Shown piece by piece: positions 62,501-64,000 of a DNA stretch of 64,000 nt (positions within the stretch are counted from its first letter, which is position 1; each line of letters starts with the position of its first letter). This DNA is from Carcharhinus longimanus. Taxonomy: Eukaryota. The notes under the pieces were generated by a model, which searched no databases, was not told where the DNA came from, and was given only the letters and a program-made list of their open reading frames with translations. Location: assembly GCA_030264375.1 (NCBI GenBank), contig JASCQW010000132.1, forward strand, positions 57,981,819 through 58,045,818. Direction: 5' to 3'. The translations under genes were made by a program, and so were the position numbers.

Positions 62501-62534
62501 GCATCCAAGAGACCAAGATAATAAGCCCCTACAC
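5405..62534 (-). CDS. PKD1L1: Polycystin-1-like 1, 3' portion: spliced span of 25 visible exons; the 5' part lies beyond the right edge of the window
   Basis: All 25 exons have AG acceptors and GT donors with matching phases, giving 3647 nt in one frame. Domain order is GPS, TM1, PLAT, TM helices, TOP domain, channel helices, tail. Motifs recalled as PKD1L1-specific: LFERNSRHTFI, AARQRARYLRLARPP, FTLYNPPTNLFT, YWQEPWNWLE, NFYLDEFENLMDELL. Confidence 0.92.
6033..6194 (-). CDS. PKD1L1: PKD1L1 exon, cytoplasmic coiled-coil (NFYLDEFENLMDELLFRLNALSNSLHHSLP...YFNQRAE)
   Basis: Acceptor tttaatag, probable donor GAG|gttaga; 162 nt. Read-through of the donor would stop at 5937. Confidence 0.9.
6750..7040 (+). 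mobile_element. HE1-type V-SINE
   Basis: Head tagcactgctgcctcacagc, V-domain gtgtggagtttgcatgttctccc, CR1-like tail ttctgcactgtagggattcta. A 3' fragment in the opposite orientation lies at 6258-6415. Confidence 0.9.
7672..8000 (+). mobile_element. HE1-type V-SINE
   Basis: Same head, V-domain and tail as the other HE1 copies. Confidence 0.9.
9410..9862 (+). mobile_element. Old L2 LINE reverse-transcriptase relic
   Basis: FPLCFKTTVITPL...NY...LLKLLETVTSQL and KLQLIQNTAA match L2 ORF2 motifs. More pyrimidine-rich L2-like debris at about 10140-10330, 12800-13700 and 35930-36260. Confidence 0.75.
10011..10136. mobile_element. Short MITE
   Basis: Inverted ends GGGTGGGATTTT ... AAAATTCACCT. Confidence 0.55.
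10958..11122 (-). CDS. PKD1L1: PKD1L1 exon, end of S6 and tail (FIGILTSMAEEAKKSSRSKHLVTFTEVAVYAWENIMTFVGR...STQGN)
   Basis: Acceptor gcttcag, donor AAT|gtaatg; 165 nt, phase 0 to 0. Confidence 0.92.
11470..12170 (-). mobile_element. Non-LTR retrotransposon 3' fragment, second LINE family with a ...gcaataaatgctggcc tail
   Basis: Same family at 3330-3490 (-), 10370-10465 (+), 15565-15690 (-), 20745-21465 (-), 32640-33170 (+) and 63825-64000 (-). Confidence 0.8.
15007..15237 (-). CDS. PKD1L1: PKD1L1 exon, S5, pore region and S6 (LCGIIVILAYSCLGNLLF...FSTIVRAFQTVLMYFMG...VYYGTFFIMMTILWAGL)
   Basis: Acceptor tccacag, donor TTG|gtaggt; 231 nt, phase 0 to 0; not in the ORF track. Confidence 0.93.
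15762..17737. repeat. Long inverted repeat: arms 15762-16217 and 17280-17737, spacer about 1.06 kb
   Basis: The arms are reverse complements over their whole length; the ORF track shows near-identical peptides on opposite strands (NFIPKRLIALRNRC...). Confidence 0.95.
16472..16805 (+). mobile_element. HE1-type V-SINE inside the inverted-repeat spacer
   Basis: Full head, V-domain and (ctatgaat) tail. Confidence 0.92.
18118..18249 (-). CDS. PKD1L1: PKD1L1 exon, S4 (MKRFLHGLIVFLLLMKSIRLLRVNKLMAPCLTMLRLSCSSLIPV)
   Basis: Acceptor ctctcag, donor GTG|gtaagt; 132 nt, phase 0 to 0. Confidence 0.93.
18440..18565 (+). mobile_element. Penelope-like element terminal relic with a hammerhead-like core
   Basis: CTGACGA-aGGGT(tgtctag)ACTC-GAAA followed by the acaga...gacctgctga...ttccagca repeat. 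Relatives, often in inverted pairs, at 14305-14465, 19590-20000, 20625-20742, 34060-34510 and 56760-56965. Confidence 0.65.
20306..20446 (-). CDS. PKD1L1: PKD1L1 exon, S3 (VGLIMISLFYYVYYVFHFVLALDIIDQLHSGYFKAFVDMSLISAWIQ)
   Basis: Acceptor ctctag, donor CAG|gtgagg; 141 nt, phase 0 to 0. Confidence 0.93.
21845..22200 (+). mobile_element. HE1-type V-SINE
   Basis: Full-length copy. Confidence 0.9.
22708..22930 (+). mobile_element. tRNA-derived SINE of a different family, with an 11-bp TSD
   Basis: A-box ttagctcagttgg, B-box gggttcaattt, tail ttaactttac; TSD CTTGTGTAAAT at 22697-22707 and 22931-22941. Confidence 0.85.
23367..23693 (-). mobile_element. HE1-type V-SINE
   Basis: Full-length reverse copy. 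Confidence 0.92.
23836..23940 (-). CDS. PKD1L1: PKD1L1 exon, S2 (LLFLTLILLHLYFQVCKMTQRGVLSYWQEPWNWLE)
   Basis: Acceptor ctttgcag, donor GAG|gtcaga; 105 nt, phase 0 to 0. Confidence 0.94.
24315..24575 (-). mobile_element. HE1-type V-SINE, 5'-truncated
   Basis: V-domain and tail present. Confidence 0.9.
24712..24946 (-). CDS. PKD1L1: PKD1L1 exon, TOP domain (HETYSTLLTLKETEWIDQYTRAVMVEFTLYNPPTNLFTTVSLLAEFP...VVDYFIMAFE)
   Basis: Acceptor attttag, donor GAG|gtgaga; 235 nt, phase 2 to 0; hallmark WID-x-x-TRAV-x-VEF-x-x-YN polycystin motif. Confidence 0.96.
25029..25322 (-). mobile_element. HE1-type V-SINE
   Basis: Head, V-domain and tail present. Confidence 0.9.
25775..26023 (-). mobile_element. 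HE1-type V-SINE fragment
   Basis: V-domain and tail present. Confidence 0.85.
26380..26885 (+). mobile_element. CR1 LINE reverse-transcriptase fragment
   Basis: GPDGPHP...LFKK...GNYRPVSLASVVRKVLE, then QHGFVKG. Confidence 0.9.
27300..27820 (-). mobile_element. HE1 SINE interrupted by a young CR1 3' end (about 27333-27565, gapped)
   Basis: SINE tail at 27300-27332 and body at 27566-27820 flank the CR1 tail and the RTRGHSLKIKGGRFRTE motif. Confidence 0.8.
28597..28772 (-). CDS. PKD1L1: PKD1L1 exon, TOP domain (IPEVFSGLIQDCRSLNTSTIHH...CGRLNCYKGTRSVINLGRTR)
   Basis: Acceptor attttag, donor CG|gtaaga; 176 nt, phase 0 to 2. Confidence 0.9.
29050..29328 (+). mobile_element. Deu-domain SINE (SacSINE1-like) relic
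   Basis: ggttcaaatc B-box; ggaaaagaaatctgcc...acctggtctggcc...gccctctgaaatggcctagcaagccact pattern recalled from shark DeuSINEs. Confidence 0.65.
29957..31100. mobile_element. GC-rich non-autonomous DNA transposon inserted into a CR1 3' end
   Basis: Ends GGGCGATTCT ... AGAATCGCtt with TGTG on both flanks; the CR1 tail (29860-29956) resumes at 31101-31270. Confidence 0.7.
31452..31535 (-). CDS. PKD1L1: PKD1L1 exon, TOP domain (AGPVQGKCHLIGAPSLRKIQVTNNSSCN)
   Basis: Acceptor cctgtag, donor AAT|gtaagt; 84 nt; resembles the polycystin LLG-x-PRLRQ-x-RV...C motif. Confidence 0.9.
31770..32115 (+). mobile_element. V-SINE with a third tail type and a 12-bp TSD
   Basis: HE1-like head and V-domain; tail gtgtgccatgtgatggattgg...gggtgtatcctgcct...gggataggctc; TSD TGTTCAGTTGCA at 31758-31769 and 32116-32127. 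Confidence 0.88.
32371..32494 (-). CDS. PKD1L1: PKD1L1 exon, TOP domain (NEKFPFINMKTVDDWWNWSFSVLLHGLYWDTWYNNAAAKSQ)
   Basis: Acceptor tatctag, donor CAG|gtaacc; 124 nt, phase 2 to 0; DWW-x-W...LL-x-GLYW motif. Confidence 0.94.
34787..35000 (+). mobile_element. HE1-type V-SINE, internally deleted
   Basis: Head, partial V-domain and tail. Confidence 0.88.
35081..35191 (-). CDS. PKD1L1: PKD1L1 exon, TM6/S1 (EFALYIVMLILLLLITFGKFSKDEYYLNQAIRVEFT)
   Basis: Acceptor aactgcag, donor AG|gtatgg; 111 nt, phase 2 to 2. Confidence 0.94.
35355..35473 (-). CDS. PKD1L1: PKD1L1 exon (IVAARQRARYLRLARPPTLAQLKEAKDRMRKQSLIQQALQ)
   Basis: Acceptor ttgccag, donor CA|gtatgg; 119 nt, phase 0 to 2. Confidence 0.93.
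36420..37044 (-). mobile_element. LINE reverse-transcriptase fragment (second family)
   Basis: GVPQGSILDTTIFSYFINDLP motif; runs into the 911-N gap. Confidence 0.88.
37956..38625 (+). mobile_element. LINE 3' end (second family)
   Basis: ESPTVNILGVTIDQKLN motif, tail gggaataaatgctggccagccagcaacaccca. Confidence 0.88.
38791..38979 (-). CDS. PKD1L1: PKD1L1 exon (IFFLAAVVALKNKDCSDIYISLVDSNSSSEACKQW...YNSSMDLDR)
   Basis: Acceptor cttttcag, donor AGG|gtataa; 189 nt, phase 0 to 0. Confidence 0.85.
39780..41740 (+). mobile_element. About 2-kb degraded CR1 ORF2 (RT) plus 3' tail
   Basis: NYRPVSLTSVVGKLL, QYGF, YMDFSKIFDNVPH, QGSMLGPLLF motifs with frameshifts and stops. Followed by further CR1 pieces at 41750-42005 and 42040-42760. 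Confidence 0.92.
43299..43383 (-). CDS. PKD1L1: PKD1L1 exon, TM5 (FGPTKSILWLHSLFFSLLYCIFVIQPIA)
   Basis: Follows a 99-bp intron; acceptor atttcag, donor GCT|gtaagt; 85 nt, phase 2 to 0. Confidence 0.93.
43483..43621 (-). CDS. PKD1L1: PKD1L1 exon, TM4 (HSSLFEQPVMNRTRHFLPNWCNYLAWVICLLIALVCILVTGLLGLR)
   Basis: Acceptor tttgcag, donor CG|gtaaga; 139 nt, phase 1 to 2; LP-x-WC-x-Y-x-AW polycystin motif. Confidence 0.93.
44142..44337 (-). CDS. PKD1L1: PKD1L1 exon, Ser-rich loop (RGLLEPRSPSIHSEHYSEMS...SSSGFEDCSSQ...RRSDYSS)
   Basis: Acceptor ttcctcag, donor G|gtaggg; 196 nt, phase 0 to 1. Confidence 0.85.
44495..45400 (+). mobile_element. Young CR1 3' part, gapped
   Basis: LQRDLDRLSEWARIWQMEYNVGKCEVIHFG motif; a near-identical copy lies at 51345-51521. 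Confidence 0.92.
45646..45749 (-). CDS. PKD1L1: PKD1L1 exon (HRDALLASDSAFESYLSWQNLQQWAQEVWRKKYE)
   Basis: Acceptor ttcttcag, donor GAG|gtaagc; 104 nt, phase 1 to 0. Confidence 0.88.
46430..46711 (-). mobile_element. HE1-type V-SINE
   Basis: Head, V-domain and tail present. Confidence 0.9.
47079..47154 (-). CDS. PKD1L1: PKD1L1 exon, cytoplasmic loop (VKLLREASVEERYVTTRESNVYSVE)
   Basis: Acceptor gtgttag, donor G|gtaaaa; 76 nt, phase 0 to 1; this phase change is needed to connect the flanking exons. Confidence 0.8.
48212..48331 (-). CDS. PKD1L1: PKD1L1 exon, TM3 (YTVELGLIDVSTASLITGLITTVVVLPIVLLVSLLFRFSK)
   Basis: Acceptor ttccctcag, donor AAG|gtgaga; 120 nt, phase 0 to 0. Confidence 0.92.
49620..50058 (-). 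mobile_element. V-SINE with the alternative tail, nested in a CR1 relic (about 49120-50360, +)
   Basis: Same tail as the 2975-3272 copy; CR1 RT motifs on both sides. Confidence 0.8.
52060..52830 (+). mobile_element. Degraded CR1 3' fragments
   Basis: WQVKFSAEKYEVIHF-like motif and CR1 tail. Confidence 0.8.
53340..54330 (+). mobile_element. CR1 5'UTR and ORF1 (zinc-finger plus esterase) fused directly to a CR1 3' tail
   Basis: SSCAIWEF...CTCKKCAQLQLL, AIVID, MVCCL-x-x-AR, VVVHI-x-T-x-DIG motifs; 18-bp tandem units in the 5'UTR; the tail begins at about 54226. Confidence 0.82.
54919..55135 (-). CDS. PKD1L1: PKD1L1 exon, PLAT (VPESLGSIWKVRLWHNNGGHSPSWYV...WFFPAECWLAVDEGDGKVERELISLTHGPGFKK)
   Basis: Acceptor cttctag, donor AAA|gtaatg; 217 nt, phase 2 to 0; classic PLAT LWH...W-F...CWL motifs. 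Confidence 0.95.
55245..55335 (+). mobile_element. Penelope GIY-YIG endonuclease C-terminal relic
   Basis: QHKLKEQHHIFQLGT...(frameshift)...GLNTEFNSFR resembles the recalled PLE ORF end RKLEEQHLIFRLGTL-x-P-x-GLN-x-EF. Confidence 0.65.
55415..55990 (+). mobile_element. LINE reverse-transcriptase fragment (second family)
   Basis: PQDSVLGPTTFSCFINDLP...GMFIGDCTMF motifs. Confidence 0.88.
56994..57210. mobile_element. Penelope-like inverted-end element with a hammerhead-like core on the minus strand
   Basis: About 60-bp inverted arms at 56994-57053 and 57116-57175; minus-strand CTGACGA (57085-57079) ... GAAA (57064-57061). Confidence 0.75.
57681..57787 (-). CDS. PKD1L1: PKD1L1 exon, PLAT (IYIKLHGEDGISETRELYHSEKQLFERNSRHTFIM)
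   Basis: Acceptor tttttag, donor AG|gtattc; 107 nt, phase 0 to 2. Confidence 0.95.
57940..60350. mobile_element. Fossil PIF/Harbinger transposon: DDE transposase relic (+, about 57940-58600) and convergent Myb/SANT-like gene relic (-, about 59300-60100)
   Basis: Plus strand: GFDRVARFPKMQGATGCRHMAL, PGSSHNTFIL, WLGDK, IIKEQFCCL. Minus strand: TWKQCHKKFNDL. Many stops and frameshifts; boundaries approximate. Confidence 0.78.
60558..60765 (-). CDS. PKD1L1: PKD1L1 exon, TM1 and start of PLAT (VFENYATCVTVLFALTLYILLVIL...YLYEIIVETGFRTRAGTTAK)
   Basis: Acceptor ttgacag, donor AAG|gtattt; 208 nt; polycystin Y-x-I-x-V-x-TG...AGTTA motif. Confidence 0.95.
61612..61698 (-). CDS. PKD1L1: PKD1L1 exon, GPS motif (CNHMTTFTVAHQQVVMKNVKFTDVLTFI)
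   Basis: Acceptor gaattag, donor AG|gtgggt; 87 nt, phase 2 to 2; not in the ORF track. Confidence 0.92.
62339..62534 (-). CDS. PKD1L1: PKD1L1 exon, C-terminal GAIN region (GVGAYYLGLLDANYNRKPK...QCLYWDDIQEWKSDGCSPQQETDSQKVNC)
   Basis: Acceptor ctcttcag, donor AG|gtaaaa; 196 nt, phase 1 to 2; the C-x-x-W...W-x-x-x-GC GPS pattern starts here. Confidence 0.93.
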
Positions 62535-62589
62535 CTGAAGAGCAAAGAAATTGGGCTAAATTATGAAATTCTGATTGATTTTCTCTTAA

Positions 62590-63820
62590 TTGCATCCTGA
62601 TTGCCAAGGACATTCCATGGCCCCTTTTAGCCCTCCAAAGTTCCTGTTTGACCTCTTGCCTGCCATCTTTGTATTCCTCAAGAGCCTTATACATTTTCAA
62701 CTTCCTGAAATTTATGTATGCCTGCTTCTTTTTCACAAAGCTCACCATCTTTCTTGTCATCCAGTGTTCCTGAATCTTGCCATCTTTATCCTTTAACGGG
62801 GACATACCTTGTCCTGAATTGTTAACAACTGACTTTTAAAAGATTTTCCACACATCGGATGTAGATTTACCCTCAAACGCTCTACATTCCCTAACTCCTG
62901 CCTAATACTGTCATAGTTAGCCTTCCCCCAGTTTAGTACTTTCACTCTGGGACTACTTCTATCCTTTTCTACAAGTAATTTGAAATTTACAGAATTGTGA
63001 TCACTGTTCTCAAAATGGTCCCCCACTGAGACATCAATCACTTGTCCGGGCTTGTTTCCCAGAACCAGGTCTAAGGTAGTCCCTTCCTGAATTCGACTAT
63101 TTACATATTGCCTCAAGAAGCACACTTGGACACACTGAACAAACTCTGCCACGTCCAAGCCCCTGGCACTAAAGGGGAAGTTAAAATTGCCCATCAAAAC
63201 AACCTTCTTATTTTAACATCATCCCATAACCTGCTGACATATGGTTCCTCCACTTCACACTGGCTGTTGGGAGGTCTGCAGTACAACCCCAACTGTTTGC
63301 TTGCACTGCTCCTGTTCCTGAGTTCTACCCTTATGGCCTCATTGTAGGATCCCATCAAGGTGTCTTTCCTTTGTATAGCTGTGACATTCTCCCTAGTAAG
63401 TAAAACAACACTCCCACCTCTTTTGTCACCCTCTATCTCACCTGAAGCAGCTAAATCCTGAAATGCTAAACTGCCAGTCCTGCCCCTCTTTCACCCAAGT
63501 CTCTGCAATTGCCACAACATTATAATTCCACGTAGTAATCCAAGTTTTAAGTTCATCCACCTTATCTGTCATACTCTTTGCACTGAAGCAAACACAACTC
63601 CAGCCATATGTCCTGTCATGGTTTGCACATGCTTACTGTGTTTTATTTCTTTTAGCCTTATTGGACCCCTTTTATGAATTTTCCATTGTTTCTGTACTCT
63701 CTGACCTACGACTGCGGATTCCACCCCCCTGCCTTATTAGCTTAAATCCACCCAAACTGCATGATCAAATCTCCCCGCTAGGATGTTAGCACCCTTCCAG
63801 TTAAGATGCAACCTGTCTTT
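62590..63820 (-). mobile_element. CR1 ORF2 endonuclease region
   Basis: MGNFNFP...FLRQYV...TLDLVLGN...GDHFENSDHNSV AP-endonuclease motifs. Confidence 0.9.
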
Positions 63821-64000
63821 TTTGTATGAGGAGGGAACAGTGATATATTTTCAAGTTAGGACGATAAGTGGCTTGGAGAGGAACTTGCAGGTGATGGTTT
63901 TCCCATGAGTCTGCTGTCCTTCTCCTTTCAGATGGTTACTGTCGTGGGTTTGGAAGGCACTGTCTATGGAGTTTTGGTGAGCTCCTTTGCTATGTCTTGT

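Overview
Eukaryotic, AT-rich, repeat-dense draft genomic DNA with ten N-gaps. The repeat complement (HE1-type V-SINEs, a Deu/SacSINE-like SINE, CR1 and L2 LINEs, Penelope relics, Harbinger relics) points to a cartilaginous fish, probably a shark. One gene spans almost the whole window on the minus strand: the 3' part of a polycystin-1-like gene, best matching PKD1L1. I traced 25 GT-AG exons by hand from 62534 to 5405. They join in one frame of about 1215 codons and encode the end of the GAIN domain, the GPS motif, TM1, the PLAT domain, further transmembrane helices, the TOP/polycystin-channel region and the cytoplasmic tail. One expected exon (TM2) is absent, probably hidden in a gap. Most listed ORFs are repeat noise. 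I see no convincing new multi-gene system. The best leads are: an apparently cleavage-competent GPS motif (CNHM|TTF); an extra C-terminal exon whose stop codon overlaps a splice donor; a ~455-bp-arm inverted repeat inside one intron; a two-gene Harbinger fossil; hammerhead-like cores in Penelope relics; a V-SINE with a teleost-like tail and a 12-bp TSD; and several local duplications. All family comparisons are from memory, not database searches.
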